Assembly: GCA_965208835.1 (NCBI GenBank)
Contig: OZ242358.1
Span: 1,664,001-1,728,000, forward strand
From: Candidatus Latescibacterota bacterium
GTDB lineage: Bacteria > Latescibacterota > UBA2968 > GCA-2709665
Length of the DNA: 64,000 nucleotides
Direction of reading: 5' to 3'
A program made the translations under genes and the position numbers. Positions 9,868-19,981 of this stretch are shown piece after piece. The stretch's first letter is position 1. Each line of letters starts with the position of its first letter. Under the pieces are notes generated by a model that had not been told where the DNA came from, did not search any database, and worked only from the letters and a program-made list of their open reading frames with translations.

Positions 9868-11820
9868 ATGGAAGATCGCTTCGAGCAATGGAAGCGATAT
9901 CTGCTGCCGCTTCCACATGAGATCACGTTCGAGGGTGACGTTGAATGCCGCCCGGAATCGGTTTCGGTAGCGTTAAGGCCGGGAGCGGGTGCGTTGGAGA
10001 AAAATGCGGCAGCGATGCTGGAAGCGCTGTGTCCCGGCGAGGTAGGCGCCAAACCCGTCGGCGACGCTTTCAGTATCTCGATCGGGCTCGTTGAAAGCGG
10101 GCCGGATGCGGAACGGCTGAGGGGATTGCCGAATTGCCGGCAGGCATACACGATCCGTCCCGAGGGTCGGCGCCTGGTACTGGCCGCTCTGTCTGAACGC
10201 GGGATAACGTATGGGGCCCAGACCCTTCGCCAACTCCTTGAACCGAATCTGTCGCCCGACAGCATCCGTATTCCGCTCGTTTCGGTGACCGATTGGCCGG
10301 ACCTGGACGAGCGGGGCATGTGGAACTTTCCGATGCCGGAGGAGTGGATCCCCTGGATGGCGTCGATGAAATTGAACTACGGCAAGATGGACTCCACGGA
10401 ACTGTCGACGGTGGTGCGCGGGAAACCCAACAGCGCCCGAATCGATCGTGCGCTAATGGAAGAGGCGCGTCTGCTCGGGTTCAACTATGTGCCGCTCATC
10501 ACCCATTTGAACTTTCTGCATGACCGTGGCCTGTTCCGCGCTTATCCCGAGCTGGCGGGAAAGGGCGATGGCGCGCTGGCCGGGAGGTACTTCGCCCACA
10601 AGGAGGGCAATCAGCATCGGGCGCCGTGCGCCTCAAACCCCCTGCTGGTGGACATTCTCGAAGAGTGGATGGCGGATATCGCCTCCCAGGGCGCATCCGA
10701 GGTGGGCTGCTGGCTGACCGAACGCCCCGCCCAGTGCGAGTGTGACGACTGCACGGCGCTTGGGCAGTTTGTCCTCGAAGCCCGCGCGTTCGTCAACGCC
10801 TGGAAGCGGATTCGCCCGCGGTTTCCCGAATTCGATCTTCGCATTTTTCTGTCCACCACGACGTCGCAGCGGGACCACCGCGTCCTTGCGGAGTTGCCGC
10901 CGGAGGTAAGGGTCGGGCGCGCCTGCGCTGCCGAAATGGAACGCGTGCTGCATCTGCCCAGAGATCTGACGGCCAATCCTCTCCTGGATTACCACGCGTC
11001 GCAGGGTCGGTGGATCGCGAGCTACGACGTGCCGGTCAATGCCAACGGGCGGGTGGAAACCCCCGAATTCAAGGTGCCGCAGTCCTCGCCGCACCGGATC
11101 CGGGACTACGTTGGCCATCTGATCCGGCGGCAATACAGCGGCGCATTCGGAATGATGGCGTGGGTAACCAAGGGAAGGGAGACGTGCGGGTACAACGTCG
11201 CGGCCCTCGCAGAGTATTCCTGGAACCTGAAAGGACGAAGTGAGCGGGAGTTCGCCGTCGCGTGGGCAACCCGGGAAGGCTACGTCGATGTGGAGGCGTT
11301 TGCGGACTGGTCGGAACGACTGGGGCCCGTGGCGTTCGATGTCTACGACTCCGACTTTCCGGTCTGTTATTCCTGGGGTAAGGCGGTCGAGATGGTACGG
11401 AGTAAGCGGCGACCGTATCTCGGCGAGGGCATGTTCCGTTATTACGAGAATGAGCACGCCTTTGACGAAAAGGTCGACGTGTGCCGCCGGGCGATTCAGA
11501 TCGCTTCAGGATTCGAGAGCCCGGATTGCGTCAACGAGACTCGCGTCGTCATGACCTACGTGGAGCTTGCCCGGGGCGTCTATCGCGTTGCGGAGAAGGT
11601 GGCGACGCGCGACCTGGCCGACCCGGACGTTCAGATGGAGCTTCAGGCGGCGCTTGAGTCGCTCGAGGCAGCTGGCGCGTCGAACGTTGCCGCGATCCGG
11701 CACTGGCGGGAGACGCTGGGGCCCGAGCCGTGGCACAATCGGGTCCACGACGCGATTCGAGGCACGGAGTCAACCGTTCGCGAGATCGCAAAGTTCCTGC
11801 GCGAGCGGTACCTCCATTAA
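9868..11820 (+). CDS. hypothetical protein with a GH20-type zincin-like N-terminal domain
   Basis: LLPLP...AYTI...GITYGAQTLRQL...DWPDLDERG pattern. The following domain has CECDDC and no GH20 HxGGDE motif. Confidence 0.65.
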   Translation: MEDRFEQWKRYLLPLPHEITFEGDVECRPESVSVALRPGAGALEKNAAAMLEALCPGEVGAKPVGDAFSISIGLVESGPDAERLRGLPNCRQAYTIRPEGRRLVLAALSERGITYGAQTLRQLLEPNLSPDSIRIPLVSVTDWPDLDERGMWNFPMPEEWIPWMASMKLNYGKMDSTELSTVVRGKPNSARIDRALMEEARLLGFNYVPLITHLNFLHDRGLFRAYPELAGKGDGALAGRYFAHKEGNQHRAPCASNPLLVDILEEWMADIASQGASEVGCWLTERPAQCECDDCTALGQFVLEARAFVNAWKRIRPRFPEFDLRIFLSTTTSQRDHRVLAELPPEVRVGRACAAEMERVLHLPRDLTANPLLDYHASQGRWIASYDVPVNANGRVETPEFKVPQSSPHRIRDYVGHLIRRQYSGAFGMMAWVTKGRETCGYNVAALAEYSWNLKGRSEREFAVAWATREGYVDVEAFADWSERLGPVAFDVYDSDFPVCYSWGKAVEMVRSKRRPYLGEGMFRYYENEHAFDEKVDVCRRAIQIASGFESPDCVNETRVVMTYVELARGVYRVAEKVATRDLADPDVQMELQAALESLEAAGASNVAAIRHWRETLGPEPWHNRVHDAIRGTESTVREIAKFLRERYLH

Positions 11821-11842
11821 AGGGATGCATAGGGGAACGCGG

Positions 11843-12898
11843 ATGCCGATTTTGTCACATGTAATCCTGAGAAAATGCGGGTATGCAATATTCGAGGCCG
11901 CCGGCCTGCCGGAAGACCAGGCGCGAATCGTAACGGACCACCTGGTGGACGCGAACCTCGTGGGGCACGACTCTCACGGAATCCACCGGATGCCGGGCTA
12001 CGCGCGCGGCGTTAGAGACGGCGGAATCAGGCCCGCCGGCAACCACAAAGTGGTTCGGGAAACGCCGGCTTCCCTGACCATCGACGCGGGCGGAGGAATC
12101 GGCATCGTGGTGGCCAACCTGGCCATGCGCATGGCGGTGGACCGGGCACTCCAGCACACACTCGGGGCGGTCGCTGTTCATCGGTCGGGTCATATCGGCC
12201 GGCTCGGCGACTTCCCGTCCGTTGCGGCGGCGCGGGATTGTATCGGGATACTGATGTTGAACGGAGGCGGGCGGTTCGCGGCGCCGTTCGGCGGCACGGG
12301 CCAGCGGTTGCCTCCCAATCCGATCGCAATCGGCGTCCCCACGGGAGACGGGCCGCCGATGACACTTGATATTACCACATGCATCGTGGCGGGCGGCAAG
12401 GTCGACATCTGCCGTATACGTGGGCAGCCAATGCCCGAAGACTGGATGGTGGACCGGGACGGAAACACCGTAACCGATCCCGAGGAATTATACACCGGAA
12501 ACGCGGCCATGTTGCCTCTCGGAGGAGCCTACGGCCACAAGGGATACGGCCTGGCGATGATGATCGACGCCATCGCAGGCGGGCTTTCCTGGGCGGGATG
12601 CAGCGCGGATGCGCCCACGCGGGGAGGGAGCGGATTCCTGGCATTGGCTATAAAGATCGAGAGTTTCGCCGACGTGGACGACTTCAAGTCAGAAGTTCGG
12701 AAACTCATCGACTGGGTGAAAACGTCGCCGACGATGCCAGGAGTGGAACGGATCTACGTACCGGGAGAGATCGAGACGGAGACCCGGAAGAAGCGGGTGT
12801 CGGAGGGCGTGTTTCTGGAGGAAGCGACGTGGTCGGAGATCCGTTCCGTGGCCGAAGAACTGGGTGTGGCGGTGTCGGCGACTGGAGCCGTGGCGTAA
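11843..12898 (+). CDS. Ldh_2 family (malate/lactate/ureidoglycolate-type) oxidoreductase
   Basis: GHDSHG, HIGRLG, NPIAIG, GHKGYGL and YVPGE motifs. Confidence 0.9.
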   Translation: MPILSHVILRKCGYAIFEAAGLPEDQARIVTDHLVDANLVGHDSHGIHRMPGYARGVRDGGIRPAGNHKVVRETPASLTIDAGGGIGIVVANLAMRMAVDRALQHTLGAVAVHRSGHIGRLGDFPSVAAARDCIGILMLNGGGRFAAPFGGTGQRLPPNPIAIGVPTGDGPPMTLDITTCIVAGGKVDICRIRGQPMPEDWMVDRDGNTVTDPEELYTGNAAMLPLGGAYGHKGYGLAMMIDAIAGGLSWAGCSADAPTRGGSGFLALAIKIESFADVDDFKSEVRKLIDWVKTSPTMPGVERIYVPGEIETETRKKRVSEGVFLEEATWSEIRSVAEELGVAVSATGAVA

Positions 12899-12919
12899 AA
12901 TTCACAGTGGAGATTTCAT

Positions 12920-15547
12920 ATGCCAGTGCGGCCAGATTCGGTCGTCAACTTCTGTAAAAAGGTGTTGCCGCTCCTTCACGCAAAGACGGACGGCAAACGG
13001 GTTCTGGATGACGTGCGCGCCGTCGTGGAAACGGACAGATGGAATTCGTTCGACCGCTTTAAAGAAACCACCGAATACCTGGTGAGCGGTTACGAGAACT
13101 CGGGCGCGAAGGCGGAAGTGCATACCATGCGTACTGGAGGATCCATTGGATCGGGGCGATGGATTATCCATAAAGCCGCAGACGTGCGCTCGGCGACGAT
13201 GGACGTGATTCGTCCGGTAAAGAAGCGTATTCTGGACTACAGGGAGAATCCCTGGCACGTCATTCAATGGAGCGACGCCACACCACCGGGTGGAATGGAG
13301 AACGAGTTGGCAGTCGTGGATTCCAGGGAAGCCCTGAACCGAGTTCCTCGCGGCGGGCTGGGCGGAAAGGTGGTTCTCACGCGAATGGACCCGCGCGGAA
13401 TGTTGCGGTCTTTCGCGGAAGCCGGCGCCGCGGGGGTGGTTACGGATCATCCGGTCCCGAACCTGCCCAACGCGACCGCGTGGACGAAATTCGGGTGGGG
13501 AGGCGTGCCGATTCAGGACGCCGCGGTTCAGATGGTAGGCTTGGTGTTGTCGGAAAACCAGGGCAAGCGGCTGCGCCAGATGCTTCGCAAGCACGGCACA
13601 CTGACAGTCCGGACCGACGTGGATATTCGGCATTATGCCGGGACTCACGATCAGGTGAGCGGCATTGTACCGGGAACTGCGGACCCTCAGGATGAAGTGT
13701 GGGCGCTTGCGCACAGTGCCGAGCCGGGTGCGATCGACAACGCTTCCGGCGTTGCGCTGTGCCTGGAGATCGCCCGTGTGCTCGAGGAGCTTATCGCAGG
13801 CGGTGCGCTGGCACGGCCGCGGCGTACGATCCGGCTGTTGAATGCCTACGAGTGTCACGGGTTCTTCAAGTACCTGGAGGAAACGCAGCGTCTGCAGACC
13901 CCTCTCGCGGGCGTCGTAATCGATTCTGTGGGAAGCAAGCCCTCGGTTTGCGGCGGTCGGATCGAGTGGCATGCCACGATTCCCATGTCGGCCGGTTTCG
14001 TGGACCGGTTGGGCGAGACGATTCTGAAGGAAACGCTCCGCCTTCGAAATCCCGGATACCGTCTGTTTATGGAGCCATTTCAACCCACGTCGGATACGCT
14101 CATCGGCGATCCGAAGTACGGGTTTCCGTGTCCCTGGCTCACCACGCATCACCGCAAGCGCGGGCGGGGATTCGATGCCTACCACTCATCCGCGGACAAA
14201 CCGAATCTGTTGAGCACGAGGGGGTTGGCTGCCTGCGCGACAGCCATGGCGGGTTATCTGTACTGGCTGGCGGACGCGGGTACCGGAGAAATTCTCGACG
14301 TTGCCGCCGCGGAAACCGCGCGCACGATCAGGCGGCTGCGAAGGGGGATCTCCTCGGTCGCACAGGTCGAATACGAACGCGAACAGCACAGGGTCATCCT
14401 GGAGAAACTTGAACGCTGGATGTGGGGCGGTTTGCGGCCGGACGTCCTGGAACGGTTCGCCGACCACGGGAGGGAAGTACGGGAAGCCGCCCGGACCGCG
14501 TCTAAAGGCAAAAGAAGAAAGCGTCTCAGACGCGTCGAAGGCGGGGACCGGATACCGAGACGCACCCGTGTGCTATCGCCCATCGGTGAGAATACGTCTC
14601 CGGAGATCGGCAGCCGGATCAGCGGGACGGGCCTTTCACCCTGGGCGCTGTTCTGGGCGGACGGTCACCGGACCCTCCACGAGATTTCGCAGGCCGTGGC
14701 GTGCGAGACCGGGAACTCGGTCAGGATGGAGGGCGTCGTCGCATATTTCGAAGCCCACGCCGAACTGGGATACGTGGAACTTATCGAGGAATCGGAGCGG
14801 GTGACGCGCGAGGGCCTGGTGAATGACCTCAACGCGCTTGGCCTGGTCCGGGGCATGGACGTTATGGTGCATAGTTCCCTGTCATCGATCGGCCACGTGG
14901 TCGGCGGTGCGAATGCCGTGATCGAGGCGCTGCTCGCGGTGATCGGAAAGCGTGGCACGCTGATGATGCCGTCGTTTAATCACCGGGCCGCAAAGGTGTA
15001 CAATCCAATGACGACGCCGACGACCAACGGCGCGATCCCGGATGCGTTATGGCGGCGCCCGGACGCGGTCAGAAGCGACCATCCCACACACGCCGTGGCA
15101 GCCGTGGGACCACGGGCGGAGGCCTACTGCAGGGACCATAGCAAGAAGGGGCTCTGGACTCCGGACAGTCCGATCGGCCAATTCGTGCACGGAAACGGGC
15201 ACATCGTGCTGCTCGGTGTCGACCACAACGCCACGACAGCCTACCACGTGGCAGAGTTATCGGTGCCCTGCGGCTGTATCGATCCGTTCGGAAATACCTA
15301 TCGTGTGGTGTCGGCCGACGGCAACGCGCGCCGTGTCAGGGGGCTGGCGTTCAGGTCCGCGCTATGCCCGGTGCCGCCGGGCAAACTGAACAGGGCGCTG
15401 GATCGCAGGGGCAGTCAGCGCCGCGGAAAGGTGGGTAAGGCGGACTCGATTTTCGTACCGGCAATGGAGGTATGGAAGGCGCGCCGGGACCATCTCAGGC
15501 GCGTCTGTCCGACGTGCGAAATCAAGCCCGCAATCGTGGCGCGATAG
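12920..15547 (+). CDS. fusion of a PA/M28-like (DUF4910-type) metallopeptidase and an AAC(3)-family N-acetyltransferase
   Basis: N-terminal part: AHSAEPGAIDNASG, YE, DSVG, YHSSAD and a winged-helix-like segment. C-terminal ~250 aa: VHSSLSSIG, GTLMMPSF, RSDHPTHA, LLGV...TAYHVAE. Confidence 0.8.
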   Translation: MPVRPDSVVNFCKKVLPLLHAKTDGKRVLDDVRAVVETDRWNSFDRFKETTEYLVSGYENSGAKAEVHTMRTGGSIGSGRWIIHKAADVRSATMDVIRPVKKRILDYRENPWHVIQWSDATPPGGMENELAVVDSREALNRVPRGGLGGKVVLTRMDPRGMLRSFAEAGAAGVVTDHPVPNLPNATAWTKFGWGGVPIQDAAVQMVGLVLSENQGKRLRQMLRKHGTLTVRTDVDIRHYAGTHDQVSGIVPGTADPQDEVWALAHSAEPGAIDNASGVALCLEIARVLEELIAGGALARPRRTIRLLNAYECHGFFKYLEETQRLQTPLAGVVIDSVGSKPSVCGGRIEWHATIPMSAGFVDRLGETILKETLRLRNPGYRLFMEPFQPTSDTLIGDPKYGFPCPWLTTHHRKRGRGFDAYHSSADKPNLLSTRGLAACATAMAGYLYWLADAGTGEILDVAAAETARTIRRLRRGISSVAQVEYEREQHRVILEKLERWMWGGLRPDVLERFADHGREVREAARTASKGKRRKRLRRVEGGDRIPRRTRVLSPIGENTSPEIGSRISGTGLSPWALFWADGHRTLHEISQAVACETGNSVRMEGVVAYFEAHAELGYVELIEESERVTREGLVNDLNALGLVRGMDVMVHSSLSSIGHVVGGANAVIEALLAVIGKRGTLMMPSFNHRAAKVYNPMTTPTTNGAIPDALWRRPDAVRSDHPTHAVAAVGPRAEAYCRDHSKKGLWTPDSPIGQFVHGNGHIVLLGVDHNATTAYHVAELSVPCGCIDPFGNTYRVVSADGNARRVRGLAFRSALCPVPPGKLNRALDRRGSQRRGKVGKADSIFVPAMEVWKARRDHLRRVCPTCEIKPAIVAR

Positions 15548-15582
15548 AAGTACACTTCGACACCGGGAGAGGGTTGTCCGCG

Positions 15583-16878
15583 ATGAATACCACGCGATCC
15601 AGAGCGCTTTTCGATGCGAGTTCCCGCTACCTCGCAATGGGCGTTTCTTCCGGCATGAGGCGCGCCGTGACCTCGCCGCCGCTATTCTTCGAGCGGGCGG
15701 AGGGGCCTTATTACTACGATGTGGACGGGAACCGATTGCTGGACTACACACTGGCGTGGGGGCCGTTGATCCTGGGGTCGAACCACCCGGCGCTGAACGC
15801 GGCCGTGACAGCGGCAATCCGGAATTCATACACACTGGGCGCCCAGCATCCGGGTGAGGTCGCGTTCGCGAAACTGCTCGTGGAAACACTTCCGGGCGTG
15901 GATCAGGTGGTTTTTTCCAATACGGGTTCCGAGGCCGTACAGGTGGCGCTTCGGCTTGCCCGCGCGGCGACCGGACGGACCAGATTTGTCAAATTCGAGG
16001 GGCACTACCACGGCTGGTTGAACAATATCCTGGTGAGCTACCACGAATCCGACGAAGCGCTTGGCGCCCCGGAGGCTCCCCGGGTCGTGGCCGCGTGCGG
16101 CGGCCAGCCGGAGGCGGAGTTCTCGGAGACCATAACGCTTCCGTGGAATCGCCTGGACCTGCTGGAAGACCTGTTCGCAAGACGTGGCGGGGAAATCGCA
16201 GCGGTGATATCCGAGCCGGTGCTGGCCAACTCGGGATCCATTATGCCTGCGGAGGGATTTCTGCAGGGGATGGTCGAACTGTGCCGAAACAACGGCGCGG
16301 TTTCGATATTCGACGAGGTTATTACAGGGTTTCGTCTTGCCCTTGGCGGCGCGAGGGAATACTTCGACGTCATCCCCGATCTGTCGGTCTACGCCAAGGC
16401 CCTGGCCGGCGGATTCACGCTTTCCGCCGTGGCGGGGTCGCGGAGGATGTTCGACGTGCTCCGGGACGGCGCGACGATCCACGCTGGAACGTATAACGGG
16501 AGCACGGTCAATCTTGCCGCCGGGCTTGCGACGGTAAAGATCCTGAGCGCTGATCCCCGTGCCTTCCAGCAGATGCATGAGCATGGGTACGCGATTCGGC
16601 AGACGATCGAAGCAGCTGCGGCTACCCGGGGAATACCGCTGTGCATATCGGGAGCAGGTACCGTCTTCAACGTTCACTTTGGCGTTCAGACACCGCCGGT
16701 GCATTATCGGGAACTGAAGGCTTCGGACATGGCGCTTTACACGCGGTTCCGGGCCGGCATGCTGGACGAGGGCATTCAGTTGTTGCCCGATGGCCGCTGG
16801 TACGTGGGCCTGACCCATGGCGAGGAGGAACTGAATCTGGTGTGTGTGGCGGTCCGCTCGGTCGTCGCGGACCTGTAG
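15583..16878 (+). CDS. class III PLP aminotransferase, glutamate-1-semialdehyde aminomutase-like
   Basis: NTGSEA, KFEGHYHG, FDEVITGFR, PDL..YAKALAGG, HAGTYNG. Confidence 0.88.
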   Translation: MNTTRSRALFDASSRYLAMGVSSGMRRAVTSPPLFFERAEGPYYYDVDGNRLLDYTLAWGPLILGSNHPALNAAVTAAIRNSYTLGAQHPGEVAFAKLLVETLPGVDQVVFSNTGSEAVQVALRLARAATGRTRFVKFEGHYHGWLNNILVSYHESDEALGAPEAPRVVAACGGQPEAEFSETITLPWNRLDLLEDLFARRGGEIAAVISEPVLANSGSIMPAEGFLQGMVELCRNNGAVSIFDEVITGFRLALGGAREYFDVIPDLSVYAKALAGGFTLSAVAGSRRMFDVLRDGATIHAGTYNGSTVNLAAGLATVKILSADPRAFQQMHEHGYAIRQTIEAAAATRGIPLCISGAGTVFNVHFGVQTPPVHYRELKASDMALYTRFRAGMLDEGIQLLPDGRWYVGLTHGEEELNLVCVAVRSVVADL

Positions 16879-16912
16879 TGTTCTGTCTGCCTCTTCTGCA
16901 CGGTCAAAAGCC

Positions 16913-16941
16913 TTGACAATGGATGGGTGTTATGGTAAAAT
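16913..16941 (+). promoter_or_regulatory. sigma70-type promoter
   Basis: TTGACA-17 nt-TAAAAT. Confidence 0.65.
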
Positions 16942-17004
16942 CACAAAGGGTGCGGGATACCCGTGTTCTTCCACGTTCAGAAGGGAATCCGGAGGATAAC
17001 GTAT

Positions 17005-17781
17005 ATGGGGATGGACGACATTCAGCCACTTCTGGACAGTTGGCCGTACGAGCCCGACAAACTCTGTGTGAGGAGAATCACGGGGACGGACGGCAAGGAG
17101 AAGATCCAACTCCGGGTGGAAATGGGGATCCTGCAGATGGAAGTCGCCGGTCGCCCGGACGGGCAGCGCCCTCACGGTCATGAGTCTCTGCTCCACTATT
17201 ACAAGGAAAAAGCGGGGGTGGCGTTGCGGGACTCGAAGTCATTCAATCTGGACCCCGATGTCTGTCTTACGCTCCAGGTTGAAGGGCTCCAGTACTACCA
17301 CCGGCGGATCAGCTTTCTGGAACTCGGCGAGTATCGTCTTGCCCAGGCGGATGCTCAGCGAAACCTCGACATGTTCGACTTCGTCAAGGAATTCGCGCGT
17401 GAAGAAGAAGACAGCATGGTTCTTGAGCAGTACAGACCGTTCGTAATCGGGCACCGTGTACGCGCGGTGGTTCTTCAGGAATTGGAGGCTGAAGAATTCG
17501 ATAAAGCGCTTCTGGAAATCAACAACGGCATTGAGGAGATCCAGGGCTTTTTCAAAGAGTACGATCGACCCGACCTGGTGGAAGACAGCGAAGAGGTCGT
17601 ATTCTTGAAGGAATGGGCGGAAGAGATCCGAAAGGATCGGCCAAGGCCCCTTTTCCAAGACCTTAAGGAACAACTCAGCGAGGCTGTTGCCATTGAAGAT
17701 TTCGAACGCGCCGCCCAGCTTCGCGATCAGCTTCAGGCGCTTTCCCCCGTGTCAGAACGACAGGCACGATCCCGCAAGTAA
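17005..17781 (+). CDS. UvrB/UvrC motif-containing protein
   Basis: C-terminal LSEAVAIEDFERAAQLRDQL motif, GRPDGQRPHG N-domain, GGAGG RBS before ATG 17005. Confidence 0.8.
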   Translation: MGMDDIQPLLDSWPYEPDKLCVRRITGTDGKEKIQLRVEMGILQMEVAGRPDGQRPHGHESLLHYYKEKAGVALRDSKSFNLDPDVCLTLQVEGLQYYHRRISFLELGEYRLAQADAQRNLDMFDFVKEFAREEEDSMVLEQYRPFVIGHRVRAVVLQELEAEEFDKALLEINNGIEEIQGFFKEYDRPDLVEDSEEVVFLKEWAEEIRKDRPRPLFQDLKEQLSEAVAIEDFERAAQLRDQLQALSPVSERQARSRK

Positions 17782-17819
17782 GTCAAGCGACCTGCGCGCA
17801 TTTGAACGTCAGGGAGGAG

Positions 17820-19130
17820 ATGCATCTATTGGCGGTGCATGAAGTAATCACCAGGGAGGAGCCGGAACGCGCGATTCTGGTGGGAATGGCGCATTCGGGC
17901 GATGTCTCCTGGGATGCGAACGACACATTGAATGAACTCGCGTTGCTCGCGGATACGGCGGGTGCGCAGGTCGTGGACCGGATGGTGCAGGAGCGTGATA
18001 GCATCGATCCGGCTTTTTTTATCGGTCGGGGCAAGGCGGAGGAACTTGCGCACCGCGTAAAGCAACGCAATGCGCAACTGGTGATTTTTGACGATGACCT
18101 GTCACCCGCCCAGTTCAAGAATCTCGAAGAACTCGCTGGAGTCAATGTAATCGACAGGAGCCGACTGATTCTGGATATATTCGCCGGCAGGGCAAAAACC
18201 CGCGAATCGCAGACACAGGTGGAGTTGGCGCAGCTCAACTATCTGTTGCCGCGTCTGACGCGTCGATGGACGCACCTGTCGCGCCAGGCCGGCCACGGCG
18301 GAACAACGGGCGGGATCGGAACACGGGGGCCGGGAGAGACTCAGTTGGAGGTGGACCGTCGGGCGCTGCGGAGCCGGATCGGGGTACTGACCAGAGCGCT
18401 GAACCGGATTTCCCGGAGGCGCGTACTCGGGCGTAAACAGCGTACCGATACGTTTCGCATCTCCCTGGTGGGTTATACGAATGCAGGCAAGTCTACATTG
18501 ATGCGCGCACTTTCAGGCGCCGACGTTCTGGTGGAAGACCGCTTGTTCGCAACGCTGGACTCCACGACCCGCCGGGTACATCTGGGGTATAATCGCGAGG
18601 TCTTGCTTACCGATACGGTCGGCTTCATTCGAAAGCTCCCTCATCACCTTGTCGCATCGTTCAGAAGCACCCTCGAAGAGGCGGTGGACGCGGACATGTT
18701 ACTGCACGTCGTCGACGTCGGTCATCCCAGGTGCGAGGACCAGATTGCGGCAGTGTATGAAACGCTTCAGGGTCTGGGCATCGCGGAGTACCCCACATTG
18801 ATGGCGTTCAACAAAATCGACCGGTTTGACGACCCGGTAATTCAGCGACGTCTGCGGGCCCGGTTTCCGGATGGTGTCTGGGTCTCGGCAAAGGAAGCCC
18901 TGGGCCTGGACGAACTGCGATTGGCGATTTACGACCGACTTGAGGGCCAGCGCTCGGTGATGCATCTTTGCATTCCACAGGCTGAAGGCAAGCTCCTTTC
19001 GGAACTGCATCGGGTAGGCGAAATCCTGAATACGGCATATGAACGAAACGATGTGTTGCTGGAGATTAAACTGAGCCACCAGAATGCCAGGCGGCTCCTG
19101 CCTGATGGAAGATTCCGGATCAAACGGTAA
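17820..19130 (+). CDS. hflX: ribosome-splitting GTPase HflX
   Basis: GPGETQLEVDRR, GYTNAGKST, LFATLD, DTVGFI, NKID. Confidence 0.96.
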   Translation: MHLLAVHEVITREEPERAILVGMAHSGDVSWDANDTLNELALLADTAGAQVVDRMVQERDSIDPAFFIGRGKAEELAHRVKQRNAQLVIFDDDLSPAQFKNLEELAGVNVIDRSRLILDIFAGRAKTRESQTQVELAQLNYLLPRLTRRWTHLSRQAGHGGTTGGIGTRGPGETQLEVDRRALRSRIGVLTRALNRISRRRVLGRKQRTDTFRISLVGYTNAGKSTLMRALSGADVLVEDRLFATLDSTTRRVHLGYNREVLLTDTVGFIRKLPHHLVASFRSTLEEAVDADMLLHVVDVGHPRCEDQIAAVYETLQGLGIAEYPTLMAFNKIDRFDDPVIQRRLRARFPDGVWVSAKEALGLDELRLAIYDRLEGQRSVMHLCIPQAEGKLLSELHRVGEILNTAYERNDVLLEIKLSHQNARRLLPDGRFRIKR

Positions 19131-19276
19131 CAGTCCGTTGATAAAGTCGCTCTGCAGGCGAGGCCGAAGACAGGGCGTGCAACCGGGTCCCGTCCTGCGA
19201 TTCGGCGAGGGTGCGCAACGCAGTATTTCGACCGCAAGGGCCGGTCGTAGCCCCGATGGGCTTTTTCAACGGGCTG
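19131..19276 (+). mobile_element. MITE family B, full-length copy (146 bp)
   Basis: Imperfect 16-bp TIRs CAGTCCGTTGATAAAG / CTTTTTCAACGGGCTG. Abuts the hflX TAA on the left and CTAG on the right. Confidence 0.75.
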
Positions 19277-19363
19277 CTTAGCTAAAGATCGAGAGGTAAG
19301 GAGATATTCCGGTTCGACCGCCGGATTGCGGCCTGGCAACTCGAATCGCGGGAGAATGACAAA

Positions 19364-19400
19364 GGCGTTTGCGGGAAGGAACCGCAAACGCCAGTTTTTT
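19364..19400 (+). terminator. intrinsic terminator between convergent genes
   Basis: GGCGTTTGCGG/CCGCAAACGCC stem followed by AGTTTTTT. Confidence 0.7.
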
Positions 19401-19416
19401 CGTACGCGCGAAATAT

Positions 19417-19836
19417 TCAGGTCGACGCCTCTTCTGTATTGGCAGATCCGATTTCCTCCGGCTCGCCAACCGGTGGCGGCTCGACTTCGTCCCCTGCGGT
19501 ACACTTGCCCCTAATGATGGCGCCTTCTTCGACGACAATCGATCGTGCGGCGACGTCTCCGTTAAATACGGCGCTGGCTTCCAGCTTGACGCTGCCTTCG
19601 GCTTCTAGATTGCCTGATACTTCCCCGCCGATCACAGCGTCTCTAACACGGACAATTTCGGCTTCCACTCTTCCGGAAGGCCCGATGACGAGGGTGCCGG
19701 AAGCATGCAACTCCCCCTTGAGCGTCCCGTCCAAACGGATGCTTTCTTCCGTCTTTACAAATCCTTCCATTACCGTGTCTTTGCCGATGACCGTCTTGAT
19801 GGCTTCCTGTTCCAGTTTCTGTTTAAACCCTAACAT
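19417..19836 (-). CDS. bactofilin (polymer-forming cytoskeletal protein)
   Basis: TVIGKDTVMEG...IRLDGTLKG...LVIGPSGRVEA...VEEGAIIRG beta-helix pattern. Confidence 0.9.
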   Translation of the reverse strand: MLGFKQKLEQEAIKTVIGKDTVMEGFVKTEESIRLDGTLKGELHASGTLVIGPSGRVEAEIVRVRDAVIGGEVSGNLEAEGSVKLEASAVFNGDVAARSIVVEEGAIIRGKCTAGDEVEPPPVGEPEEIGSANTEEAST

Positions 19837-19981
19837 GACAATATCCGCTTGTGTGTATTTCCTCGTTCCGGCAGGTTGGTTACCTGACCGACTTTCCGGT
19901 GAGAATCGAAATCCTATATACTGACAGGTGGCGGACGATGCTACTGAAGGGCCTGGCGTATCACATACCAGGATTCCGAAA

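Noticed and set aside
14800-15547. Calling an aminoglycoside resistance gene
   Set aside because: Family membership alone does not show resistance; the domain is fused and sits in a metabolic operon.
15583-16878. Assignment as hemL
   Set aside because: GVSSGMR replaces GVNSPVR, and the context is not heme biosynthesis, so it was left as a paralogue.
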